The notes under the pieces were generated by a model. That model made no database searches and was not told where the DNA came from. It saw nothing but the letters and a program-made list of their open reading frames with translations. This document shows positions 50,108-59,534 of a stretch of 64,000 nt of DNA, piece by piece. Source of the stretch: Candidatus Poseidoniaceae archaeon (GTDB lineage: Archaea > Thermoplasmatota > Poseidoniia > Poseidoniales > Poseidoniaceae); assembly GCA_965662895.1 (NCBI GenBank), contig CBFIJH010000004.1, positions 98,073 to 162,072 on the forward strand, read 5' to 3'. How positions within the stretch are numbered: the first letter of the stretch is position 1; each line of letters starts with the position of its first letter. Made by a program: the position numbers and the translations under genes.

Positions 50108-50562
50108 GGGGCGCTTGGTGGGCGGATGGTGTCCAATTCACGTGTCAACCCGATTGTGGACGTTGCTGTGACGAGCCTGGGGGCATTGTCTACCTTTCAA
50201 GGAATGATGCAAAACGACTTGCCGAACATGCACGTCTTAGCGTTCGTGAATTTCTGAAGCGAGATTGTACAACAACATTGGATGGCCGCTATATCCTGAG
50301 ATCAAATCAGTCGGATGGTATTTGCATCTATTTGGATGAAAAGAAGCAATGCACCATTTATGAGGTTCGGCCTCAGCAATGCAAAGCGTTTCCATGGTGG
50401 GCTGAAAATTTGCGGAGCAAACGCTCGTGGAACAATGTGAAAGCGAGTTGTCCCGGATTAACTGCAGAGGATGCAATCCTCATTCGCGGGGAAGAAATAC
50501 GGCTCCATATCGATGCTGACCGGCAATCAACGCAAGGATTCCGAGTGTGGGAAGAAAACTGA
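50104..50562 (+). CDS. YkgJ/FliB-family CxxCxxCC Zn/Fe-S-binding protein
   Basis: FTCQPDCGRCC, CIYL..CTIYEVRPQQCKAFPWW, CPG. Confidence 0.88.
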   Translation: MRGAWWADGVQFTCQPDCGRCCDEPGGIVYLSRNDAKRLAEHARLSVREFLKRDCTTTLDGRYILRSNQSDGICIYLDEKKQCTIYEVRPQQCKAFPWWAENLRSKRSWNNVKASCPGLTAEDAILIRGEEIRLHIDADRQSTQGFRVWEEN

Positions 50563-50647
50563 TTTGGTGTAATTTCCCACACCGAATGGATTCCATTCCG
50601 GGCTTTCCTTTATACGAATGACCGAATTGGGTCAAATCGGTGAGACC

Positions 50648-51814
50648 GTGACAGATGAAGCAAGCCATTTGCTGAACTTGACGGAGGCTCATCTCGACAT
50701 CGGTATGCGAGGCGTTCCAGTCGGCACGTGTCGAACATCGTTTGTCACCCCCACCGAGGGAGTTCACTATTGTGGCTATCCCATCGCAGAACTTGCTGAG
50801 ATGGATCCCGAGGATGTTGTTTACCTCCTTCACAACAAGGAACTACCTTCACCCGAAGAGTCTTCTGCCTTTCGCGAAAATCTTGCTCAACGAGCAACGC
50901 TTCCTGGCGATTTTCATCCCATCTTCTCAGCACTTCCAATAAATGGGCATCCAATGGATTGGCTTGCTGTTGGAATCCAAACTCTTGGAATGTGGGATTG
51001 CAAGAATGACTGGCGCGAGGATGCACTCAATCTTGTCGCCCGAATGCCGCGTATGATGGGTCTTCTCTTTCGCTACCGAGAGGGGCGTACTGACAACATC
51101 CCGGCCGATGACCCATCCTTATCGATGATTGAACGCTTTACCAACACGCTTGAACTCGATGTTGACCAGGAGAAACTTGCCCGCGTCCTTTCGGTCTACC
51201 TTGTTTTGCACATGGACCACGGAGGTGGGAATCTCTCAACATTCGTTGGCAAGGCAGTCGCTAGTGGACACGCCACATTGTACTCGGCAATGGCCAGTTC
51301 AATGAACGCGCTGAGCGGCCCGCTTCATGGTCGTGCCAATCAATCGTGTTTGGAATTCGTTCTACGGGTTGGAACATCCGACCCAGACGAAGTTGAACGA
51401 TTTGTTCGTGGTGAGCTCGCTGCTGGACGTCCAGTGTTTGGATTCGGACATGCAGTTCTGAGAGCAGAGGATCCGAGGGCTACGGTACAGTTTGCACTCG
51501 GTGAGAAGATCTGTCCTGACGATGAAAACTTCAAAATTATCCGCGCACTACGCGAAGTTGCACCTCGCGTCCTTGGTGAAAATCCAAAGATTTCCAACCC
51601 AAACGCAAACGTCGACATTGCATCTGGAGCGTTGTTGCATCACGTTGGACTCAAGGACCCGAACTACTACACCACCTTCTTTGGTTGGGCTCGAGTTGCC
51701 GGTATCGGCGCACAAATCTACGACGAACGAGTTGTTCTCCGAAACGGCAAGGGTGTTCCGATTTACCGTCCAAAATACTTTGCCCGAGAACAAGAACTTC
51801 GTCACATTGAATGA
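50648..51814 (+). CDS. gltA: Citrate synthase
   Basis: LHMDHGGGNLST, GPLHGRAN, GFGHAVLR..DPR, ANVD, IYRP. GGTGAG RBS before GTG at 50648. Confidence 0.92.
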   Translation: MTDEASHLLNLTEAHLDIGMRGVPVGTCRTSFVTPTEGVHYCGYPIAELAEMDPEDVVYLLHNKELPSPEESSAFRENLAQRATLPGDFHPIFSALPINGHPMDWLAVGIQTLGMWDCKNDWREDALNLVARMPRMMGLLFRYREGRTDNIPADDPSLSMIERFTNTLELDVDQEKLARVLSVYLVLHMDHGGGNLSTFVGKAVASGHATLYSAMASSMNALSGPLHGRANQSCLEFVLRVGTSDPDEVERFVRGELAAGRPVFGFGHAVLRAEDPRATVQFALGEKICPDDENFKIIRALREVAPRVLGENPKISNPNANVDIASGALLHHVGLKDPNYYTTFFGWARVAGIGAQIYDERVVLRNGKGVPIYRPKYFAREQELRHIE

Positions 51815-52192
51815 CTACGAATTGAGATTGATTTCGACGTATCCATCGTGTTCACGGACTTCATAGGTTTTCAACGAAGACGGTTTTCGCAATTTTCCGA
51901 GCAGCTTGCCGAGTGGCGGAAAATAATGCGCAGGCGACCATTCATTGACAGAACCATCCTCAGGATGGTACGAGGTTTGATGCAGAGGGCAACGCAAACA
52001 TCCGTCCTTAATTTTCCCACCCCAATGAATCGGCCAAGCCATGTGGCGACAGAGGGCATTACTTCCAAACAAACCCTCCTCTGTGCGCATGACAAGAACC
52101 ATCTTGCTTCCAATTGCCTTTCCTTTGATTTTGTTCATCTTCAATTTTGATGATTTGCAGACGCGTTTCCATTTGGCTTGGGCCTCGGACAT
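51815..52192 (-). CDS. Rieske [2Fe-2S] ferredoxin-like protein
   Basis: CRH and CPLH ligand boxes, LKTYEV. Confidence 0.85.
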   Translation of the reverse strand: MSEAQAKWKRVCKSSKLKMNKIKGKAIGSKMVLVMRTEEGLFGSNALCRHMAWPIHWGGKIKDGCLRCPLHQTSYHPEDGSVNEWSPAHYFPPLGKLLGKLRKPSSLKTYEVREHDGYVEINLNS

Positions 52193-52268
52193 AGATTGAA
52201 ATCTACTTCTTGACTTATCAATAGATGTTCAAATTCACAATGGATTTGTTTCAGTTTCTGAACATCCA

Positions 52269-52276
52269 TTTATACA
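52269..52276 (+). promoter_or_regulatory. Archaeal TATA box for the MMPL gene (leaderless transcript likely)
   Basis: TTTATACA at -29 to -22 from the ATG at 52298, with no RBS. Confidence 0.55.
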
Positions 52277-52297
52277 TGGTGCTCAGCACTTTAAGTC

Positions 52298-55066
52298 ATG
52301 GAGAACCCATTCAACGCGTTGACCAACATTTCTGTGACTCGACCGAAGGCTACCATCGCTTCAATCCTCATCATCACCATAGCGCTTTCATCGATGGCGC
52401 AATACATCAATTTCGACAACAGCGAGGATGCTTTTTACCCGCAAAACGACACAACAGATCTGCTGTACGAAATCGAAGATCGCTACCAAGCATCACTCGA
52501 TTTTATTCGAATTATTGATGAAATCGAAGCGAGCGATATGAAACAAACAGCAACATGGGAACAATTTGCAAGAATTGAGTCCGAACTTTCAACCAACGAA
52601 GACTTTCTCCCGTATCAGGAACCACTTTTTGGTGGAAGTTCAACGAATGGACCGGCAGGCTCGGCTTTGTTTTGGCTCAACACGCAGGACCCCGTCACAA
52701 CACAGGCCTGGAGAGACACGCTAAGTTTCCATATTGGAAATGTCACTGCTGCTAGCGAAGAGAACTTCACCGTCGCTCTTCGTGACTTGCAAGGAGCCAT
52801 CGACAGCATACCGTCTCCCGTTGCCCCGACTCCTCAAGAATTGCTGGATTGGAATCCTGGCGCCGTTACTGAATGGCAGGACAGGATGGATTCCAATCTT
52901 AACATCAGTGACGAACTTGGTGCACTTCTTGGCCAAATACAATGGCTTCAAGCAAGTCGTACAAACCCAGCAGAAATAGGACCGCTTGCCACAGCTACCG
53001 GCCCGCTCCAAGGTTTGCTCGGAACGTACATGGGATTGCAAAACATCGACCACCTCGGCAACATCGTTGCGACAATGCCCGCTGAGGACAAACAAAACCC
53101 ATGGGAGAGCGATGGCCCTATTCTCATCAGCATGGTTGTCTCAACCGACCCAACGAATTACGAACAAGCAGACATCATTGGTGATGTACAGGAACTTGTC
53201 GTCAAATGGGCGGATTCTTCAGTTTCCGAATTGCGAAATACCACGGGCGATGAGAATCTCCGAGTGTTTAGTTTCTCAGCATTCCAATACGAACAAAACG
53301 CCAACATCGGCAAAGAAATTGGTATTTTGACCTCATTAGCCTTGGTTTTCTTAACTGTGCTCTTGTACATTAAGTTCCGATCTGTACGAGACACTGCATA
53401 TGTCATCGGACTGACAGTTCTTGCCATCGCAGCGACCTACGGAGCAGCTGGGATTTTCAAGTTAACATTCAATGCGGCAATGAACAGCATTCCGATTCTG
53501 CTCTTGGCGATCGGTGTCGATTATGGTATCCACGTCGTCACACGAATTCGAGAAGTAATGCAAGACATGGAGCGTGATGATCCGCAAGGACGAATGACGT
53601 TGAAAGATTTCGACGCTGAACTACGCATCAAAGCGATTCGCTCTGGAGCTGTGCTCACATCAGCAGCATTGGTGATTGCGATTTTTACTGATATGGTCGG
53701 TTTCCTCTCCTTCAGACTCTCCTCGCAAATGTTCCTTGTCAATTTTGGAACGGTCATTGCTCTGGGTTTGTTCGCCATTTACGTGCTGAGCATTTCTCTC
53801 CTCCCCGCATTGATGACTGCCTTGCCCACGAAGGCTTTGCCACTCAAGAAATCGGGTGCTATGAACGAAACAAAACTCACAATCGGAATTGGAGAAATGG
53901 CGGAAAACAAGCCAGCAGTAGTTCTTCTTGTTGCACTTGTTTTATCCCTCCCAATGGCCTATGGAATGAGTACGCTCGAAGTTGGTTTTGATACAGCTGG
54001 ACAATTTGATGATTCACTTGAAGTCGTTCAGGACTTCCTGATGATCGCTGACGAGTTCCAGAGCAGCCCCACACCGTTGTATGTTGTTCTTGAAGGTGAG
54101 ATACTCTCTCCTGAAGGCGTCCAAGCCTACAACACTGCGTTAGCAACCCTCAGCAATACAGAGGGCGTGACTGGCGTTCCTACTGGACTTTGGGAAACGT
54201 TGGAATCCGAGCGTGGAAGAAACCCAACATTGGATAGTTTGCTTGACAATCTTTCGGGCGAGAATGGGTTTGGTGAACTCCAAACCTACCTCCTCGACAC
54301 CGAGGATGGTAGGAGTCTTGTTGACTCGCTTCTCTACATTGATGGACAACAAACCATCATCTCCTTCCAAGCCAATACACTCGACTGGCAAGCGACTGTG
54401 GATTTTGAAGAAGCACTTTCTGCATCGCTGGAGGATGCCTCATCAACGGTTGACGGTGATTTTTCCATGGAACTGAGTGGCCGAGCTCTTATCCTCGCCC
54501 AAATTAGTGCCGATGTTGCGATTTCAGCGATAACCTCCACTGCAATTGTAGCATTCACCATTCTTTTTGTCTTGATTATCATACAATTCATTCGAACTCA
54601 AAGCATCAGTCAAGCCGTTCTTCGGGGTGGGGTCATTTGGATTCCATTGATCACTGTGGTCTTGTGGGTCTACGGTATCATGGGGCTTGCAGGCTACCAA
54701 CTGAATTCACAAACGGTGACCATCGGTGCTCTTGCCTTAGGATTGGGTGTTGATTATGCCGTGCATTATGTGATACGTTTGGAAGAAGAAGTCGAATTGC
54801 ATCCTGAGAAAACGGTTGCAGAATGGACTTCGAAGACAACGGCGACAACTGGACGAGCCATGCTGGGTGCTGCAATCAGTACTGCAGGTGGTTTCGCAAT
54901 CCTCAACTTTTCAGGATTGCTTCCTCTTCGCTTGTTTGGACAGGTGTTCATCGTTGCCATCAGCTTAGCAATGATTTCGAGTGTCACACTCCTACCAACA
55001 CTGTATGGACCGTTCCTTCGACACGATGCCAAGCATCACCATCTCAACCCTGTTGAGCAGGAATAG
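52298..55066 (+). CDS. MMPL/RND-superfamily (HAE3-like) transporter
   Basis: Two repeats of TM1, large extracellular domain and 5 TMs; AIGVDYGIH and GLGVDYAVH. Confidence 0.9.
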   Translation: MENPFNALTNISVTRPKATIASILIITIALSSMAQYINFDNSEDAFYPQNDTTDLLYEIEDRYQASLDFIRIIDEIEASDMKQTATWEQFARIESELSTNEDFLPYQEPLFGGSSTNGPAGSALFWLNTQDPVTTQAWRDTLSFHIGNVTAASEENFTVALRDLQGAIDSIPSPVAPTPQELLDWNPGAVTEWQDRMDSNLNISDELGALLGQIQWLQASRTNPAEIGPLATATGPLQGLLGTYMGLQNIDHLGNIVATMPAEDKQNPWESDGPILISMVVSTDPTNYEQADIIGDVQELVVKWADSSVSELRNTTGDENLRVFSFSAFQYEQNANIGKEIGILTSLALVFLTVLLYIKFRSVRDTAYVIGLTVLAIAATYGAAGIFKLTFNAAMNSIPILLLAIGVDYGIHVVTRIREVMQDMERDDPQGRMTLKDFDAELRIKAIRSGAVLTSAALVIAIFTDMVGFLSFRLSSQMFLVNFGTVIALGLFAIYVLSISLLPALMTALPTKALPLKKSGAMNETKLTIGIGEMAENKPAVVLLVALVLSLPMAYGMSTLEVGFDTAGQFDDSLEVVQDFLMIADEFQSSPTPLYVVLEGEILSPEGVQAYNTALATLSNTEGVTGVPTGLWETLESERGRNPTLDSLLDNLSGENGFGELQTYLLDTEDGRSLVDSLLYIDGQQTIISFQANTLDWQATVDFEEALSASLEDASSTVDGDFSMELSGRALILAQISADVAISAITSTAIVAFTILFVLIIIQFIRTQSISQAVLRGGVIWIPLITVVLWVYGIMGLAGYQLNSQTVTIGALALGLGVDYAVHYVIRLEEEVELHPEKTVAEWTSKTTATTGRAMLGAAISTAGGFAILNFSGLLPLRLFGQVFIVAISLAMISSVTLLPTLYGPFLRHDAKHHHLNPVEQE

Positions 55067-56257
55067 TCAGAAGATCGGACGTTTGGTTTTTCCTGAACCA
55101 CGATGACCAATCATTCGAACAACTTCCCAAGGCATGCTCTGGTGTTGTTTCTCAAAATCAAGCAGCTGATCAACGGTTTTTCCCCACTTCCATTTTTTCC
55201 GCCAGTAGGTCAACAGTTCGCGCTTTCGTGATGCATCGCATTCCTTCCAAGATGGAACTTCGCTCTTGAGGAGAGCGACAACGGCCTGATGATTTTCCTT
55301 TGTTGCTTTGTTGAGTTGGTCCTGTTGCCCAGCATCGAGAGGATTGGTTGCAGGACGCGTCCAACGTGCATGACCACTTGGCAGCCATGTCATGTCCGGA
55401 TTGCCTTCGTCCGATAAAGCTGAAAGTCCAGCGTTGAGAACGGAATGCTCAACCTTAGGAATCACTGGCCACAGGTAGACTGGGAAACCTTTGCGAATAT
55501 CCGTTAGGCGTTGCAATTGTTTCCCATGCAGCCCAACTGTTCGACCGATTGGAATACGATTTGTTGGTGGTCGTAAGTACTCCATCGCACAAGGCATCAT
55601 CGGAGATCCGTTTTTTTGGTGCTTACGCATCAATCGCGCGAATGAGGTGGTAAAGTATTCAGGAAATGCCAGGATTCGATGTGTGTTCTTCCCACCAAAC
55701 GGTCGAATTGAAGGCAGGAGCGTCGACCAATTTCGCTGTATGCCACCTGCCTTTACAGCATCTTTCATCGACGCATGAAACGCATAATGGATCGTGGATT
55801 GTTCAGGAAAATCGTGTTCATTGAGCAACATTTCTGCTTGTTTCATCAACGTGCCCATGTGCACATCATGCTTCTTTTTCTCAAACCATCCACCACTTCT
55901 CTTGACCTTCAAACTGGGACGTTTCGATTCAACAATGAGGACTTTACCTTCTCCATTGACTGCCTTTTGGATGCTGGAATCTTCGAGCAAGGTTTGCAAG
56001 GAACAGAACCCAATTTCGGTAAGTTCGTCCAAGGTCCAATCTTCAACAAAAGGTGAACGATTCTCACGACGTTGTTCATCGATTGCCACCATTCGATCGT
56101 GGTGGATGATGATTTGGTCATCCTTTGTCAAACGAATATCAAATTCGATCGCATCAAACATGTTCATGCCATTGACAAGGCTTGTGAACGTGTTCTCAGG
56201 CGGTGGATCATACATCGGATTCAATTCAACCAAGGCATGGAGGTTTTTGAATTCCAT
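55067..56257 (-). CDS. Glycerophosphodiester phosphodiesterase family protein, circularly permuted
   Basis: N-terminal PENT, IEFDIRLTKD, HHD, VESK; the IGHRG motif lies at the extreme C-terminus. Confidence 0.78.
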   Translation of the reverse strand: MEFKNLHALVELNPMYDPPPENTFTSLVNGMNMFDAIEFDIRLTKDDQIIIHHDRMVAIDEQRRENRSPFVEDWTLDELTEIGFCSLQTLLEDSSIQKAVNGEGKVLIVESKRPSLKVKRSGGWFEKKKHDVHMGTLMKQAEMLLNEHDFPEQSTIHYAFHASMKDAVKAGGIQRNWSTLLPSIRPFGGKNTHRILAFPEYFTTSFARLMRKHQKNGSPMMPCAMEYLRPPTNRIPIGRTVGLHGKQLQRLTDIRKGFPVYLWPVIPKVEHSVLNAGLSALSDEGNPDMTWLPSGHARWTRPATNPLDAGQQDQLNKATKENHQAVVALLKSEVPSWKECDASRKRELLTYWRKKWKWGKTVDQLLDFEKQHQSMPWEVVRMIGHRGSGKTKRPIF

Positions 56258-56339
56258 TGAATACAGCAATGCCACCAATCGGGTAACAAGTCACAGAATC
56301 TCGGAGAATCTCTATATGGACAACATCTGAGGCATCTTC

Positions 56340-57797
56340 ATGAATCCATGGGCAGTCATGATGACCATGATTCTGTTCCTTACTCCACTCATTTGCATCC
56401 TTTTCTCACTTCATGACAAATCCTCTCGACTCAAGTTCGGCACGTGGATGAAAACCATCAAAGAGCAGCGATATTATCTCCACATACTCGGTTATCTCGT
56501 CATCATTCTCTGGAAGAGATTGACCGATGGATTCAACGAGCCCGTTAAACAACACGTCGGACATTGGACGGATCGTGTTCATGGCATCGAAGGGAATATC
56601 GTATTATGGATTCAAACCACATTCAACAACGATGCGCTCACAGGCATTCTCAACTTTCACTATCTGTTTGTCTACTTGTTTTTGATATATGTCACGACGG
56701 TGTATTTTGCATACACCAACGATCGGGATATGACAGACAAAGTTACGTTGAATTATCTCCTCATCTACGCACTCGCCGTACCTTACTACTTGTTCTTCAA
56801 TGTTGAAGTAACGTCTTCTTGGATACCTGGGATGGACGCTTTGTTGTATCATGATGCATGGTACGCATCCTTCTATGCAGCACATGACCCATTGGACAAT
56901 GCTGTTCCTTCATTGCATGTTGCCATACCGTTTGGAATCTTAATGCTCAATTATCTCCATGTCAAAGAACAAAACCTTGCAATGCGAGATTGGCGCCATT
57001 ACCGATATCATCTGTTTATTCTCTTCAATACAATTTTGTTTATTTTTTCAATCCTCTATCTCGGAATCCATTGGATAATCGACATACCTCTTGGAATGAT
57101 AGTTGGAGGAATAGGGGCGCTTTTCATCCACCATCTTCAGCCCAGATTACGAAACGATTACGGCGCAATGTTTGAGGGTGTGACAAAGAAAAAAGTAAGG
57201 AATCATGTGCTTGTTGAAGGTACGATTCTTCTCTTGCTCCTTGCTGCAATCATGGGATCGATTGGTCAACACGAACTCCTCAACGATGAGCAACCGTCCT
57301 TCCGTCTTGGCCCGGGCGACACAGTTCAAGACATCCTTGCGGAAATGGATCCAAAATACAGTGCTACAACAACCATTGAGAATTTCGATGATGCACTGCA
57401 CCTTGAATATGCCATTATCACAGTCGACCTCGCAGAATCTGGGTTTTCAGGTTACGGAGTCGATTGGGAAAAGATGCAAGATTTAGCAGAGCAACATTGT
57501 ATCCAAGGAGTCGCTTGTACGGGTACAATCCTACCAAATCAGAGCACTGAATTGAGTTTGCAATCCCCAGATGTGTATACCTACATCTTTTTGCATCACT
57601 CCGGTGAACGTGGAATCCTTGAGGTTCAAGTTGACTCCATCTACGGACATTCAAATGATACGATGACAAAAGCCGTTGCGCTTTCCCTACCATCGTTGTA
57701 CATCACTGGATTTGTTGTTTATCGATTGTATCGATTGAGGAACTATGGCCGAAGATGGTTCGATTCTCAACCATCTCATGCTTGGGAAGAGGAGTGA
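56340..57797 (+). CDS. PAP2_3 / Aur1-like membrane phosphotransferase with extracellular C-terminal domain
   Basis: NAVPSLHVA and YLGIHWIIDIPLG motifs; multiple TMs. Confidence 0.75.
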   Translation: MNPWAVMMTMILFLTPLICILFSLHDKSSRLKFGTWMKTIKEQRYYLHILGYLVIILWKRLTDGFNEPVKQHVGHWTDRVHGIEGNIVLWIQTTFNNDALTGILNFHYLFVYLFLIYVTTVYFAYTNDRDMTDKVTLNYLLIYALAVPYYLFFNVEVTSSWIPGMDALLYHDAWYASFYAAHDPLDNAVPSLHVAIPFGILMLNYLHVKEQNLAMRDWRHYRYHLFILFNTILFIFSILYLGIHWIIDIPLGMIVGGIGALFIHHLQPRLRNDYGAMFEGVTKKKVRNHVLVEGTILLLLLAAIMGSIGQHELLNDEQPSFRLGPGDTVQDILAEMDPKYSATTTIENFDDALHLEYAIITVDLAESGFSGYGVDWEKMQDLAEQHCIQGVACTGTILPNQSTELSLQSPDVYTYIFLHHSGERGILEVQVDSIYGHSNDTMTKAVALSLPSLYITGFVVYRLYRLRNYGRRWFDSQPSHAWEEE

Positions 57798-57833
57798 GCA
57801 TTCACTTTTTGACAACAAACACGTGGGGGTAGC

Positions 57834-58646
57834 ATGGCGTCCTCATCATCTTTGGAAGACGCTGTGTCCGAATTGATGGAATCACCCGGTGGTCAACTGC
57901 TTGAGGCTATTCGACAATATCTGAGGAAACGAGCAACTGCGTTGGCCGGATTGTTCCTCTTTGGTTTGGTTCTTGGATTCCCAATTGCAAAGGCCGTTGT
58001 ATCGTGGTTGATTGAAGCTCAGCGGCTTCCAGATGATGTTGACATCATCGTCACATCACCCGTTGAGTTCTTGATGCTTCAAATTCAATTATCAGCAAGT
58101 TTGGGTCTTTTGTTTGCCCTCCTTCTTCTAATCACTGAAACAACCCTTCGAGGAGCTCGGCACCCGTTGGTACTTGAACGAATCAAGGAACTCAACATCC
58201 AAGCACCAAAACCTACGTTCTCATTCGTCCTTGCAACAATTTCAAGCATCCTTCTCGCAGTATGCGGAATTCTCTACGCGTGGGAGTTGTTGACGCCAAT
58301 GTTGTTTGAATATCTTAGCAGTGATGCGCAACAGGCTGGACTTTCAACACAATGGAGACTGGAAGCATACGTTGGATTTATTCTCAACCTGTGCATTGCA
58401 AGCGCAATTGGTTTTCAGGCACCCGTCATCACGCTTCTTGCACTTCGCGTCGGAATGGTTGAACCTCAGGCATTGACGACGTATCGAAAACACATCTGGT
58501 TTGGAGCCTTCGTTTTGGGAGCAGTCTTTTCGCCACCTGATCCACTTTCGCTTTTCTTGGTCTCAATACCAGTGATTCTTTTGTTCGAGGTCGCGTTGAT
58601 ACTTCACCGAATTATGCCAATGCGATCAAATCAGGCAAACTCTTGA
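57834..58646 (+). CDS. tatC: Sec-independent translocase subunit TatC
   Basis: IVTSPVEFL, IGFQAP, YRKH, FSPPDPLSLFLVSIPVILLFE. Confidence 0.88.
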   Translation: MASSSSLEDAVSELMESPGGQLLEAIRQYLRKRATALAGLFLFGLVLGFPIAKAVVSWLIEAQRLPDDVDIIVTSPVEFLMLQIQLSASLGLLFALLLLITETTLRGARHPLVLERIKELNIQAPKPTFSFVLATISSILLAVCGILYAWELLTPMLFEYLSSDAQQAGLSTQWRLEAYVGFILNLCIASAIGFQAPVITLLALRVGMVEPQALTTYRKHIWFGAFVLGAVFSPPDPLSLFLVSIPVILLFEVALILHRIMPMRSNQANS

Positions 58647-59490
58647 CGACAACCGGCATGTGTCCGGGACGATGCCCTCCATGGAAGGAATGGAAGTCCG
58701 ACCCGACGGTCACCGAGAGTCCGTATTTTTGAGCAAGCTTCCACAGTTGGTAACGGTCGTCATCGGTATGTGAACGATGAAATGCTTCAATTGCATCCAC
58801 ATTGGAAGCTTTGAGGTGTTGAATCAATTCTTCATAATCGACCCCATAATAGCGCGGGTGTGCGAGAGATGTAATGCCTCCAGCTGCATGAACCAACGCT
58901 GTCGCTTCAGCAAGCGACGGCTTCGGACGCTCAACATTGCAAGGGCGACCATCGCCAAGCCATTTCTCAAATGCTTCATCCATGGATTCAACGTGCCCCG
59001 CATCGATCATGGCCTTTGCGAGATGCGGTCTTCCTACACTGCCTTGAGCTCGTGAAAGAACGTCCTCAGTTTCAATTTTCATACCGAATGCATTGACTTT
59101 GTCGATCATCTCCAGCATCCGAGGAACTCGGTCCTCATGCAAAGGCGAAAGCCATTCCTCAAATTTCTGCAGCCCCTCTGGTTGAGGACTGCTTGGAAAA
59201 TATGCAAGAAGATGCCACGATGAAGGAGGTCGGTTCCGAGCATTCGATTCCAGAATGTTCTCGTCCCACGGCAATTCGACATCGCAAGTTAATTCAACAC
59301 CAGGAATGAAACGAATTCCCCGTTTTGCAGCAGCAATTCTTGCCTCTTCCCAACCAGCGATGGTGTCATGATCTGTCAAAGACCACACTTCGACCTGTTG
59401 GTTGGCCATTTCTTCTGCAAGTTGATCGACTGAAAGCGAACCATCACTGTGCGTGGTATGGCAGTGCAAATCAAACGACGAACTCCACAT
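58612..59490 (-). CDS. PHP-domain phosphoesterase (TrpH/YciV-like)
   Basis: DLHCHTTHSDG, TDHD, GVE, HLLAY, GRPHLA, AHP, GSDFH. Confidence 0.88.
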   Translation of the reverse strand: MWSSSFDLHCHTTHSDGSLSVDQLAEEMANQQVEVWSLTDHDTIAGWEEARIAAAKRGIRFIPGVELTCDVELPWDENILESNARNRPPSSWHLLAYFPSSPQPEGLQKFEEWLSPLHEDRVPRMLEMIDKVNAFGMKIETEDVLSRAQGSVGRPHLAKAMIDAGHVESMDEAFEKWLGDGRPCNVERPKPSLAEATALVHAAGGITSLAHPRYYGVDYEELIQHLKASNVDAIEAFHRSHTDDDRYQLWKLAQKYGLSVTVGSDFHSFHGGHRPGHMPVVVKSLPDLIALA

Positions 59491-59534
59491 GGGTTCCCCT
59501 AACGACCAACGGTTTTGAACTTCGCCTTCCGATT

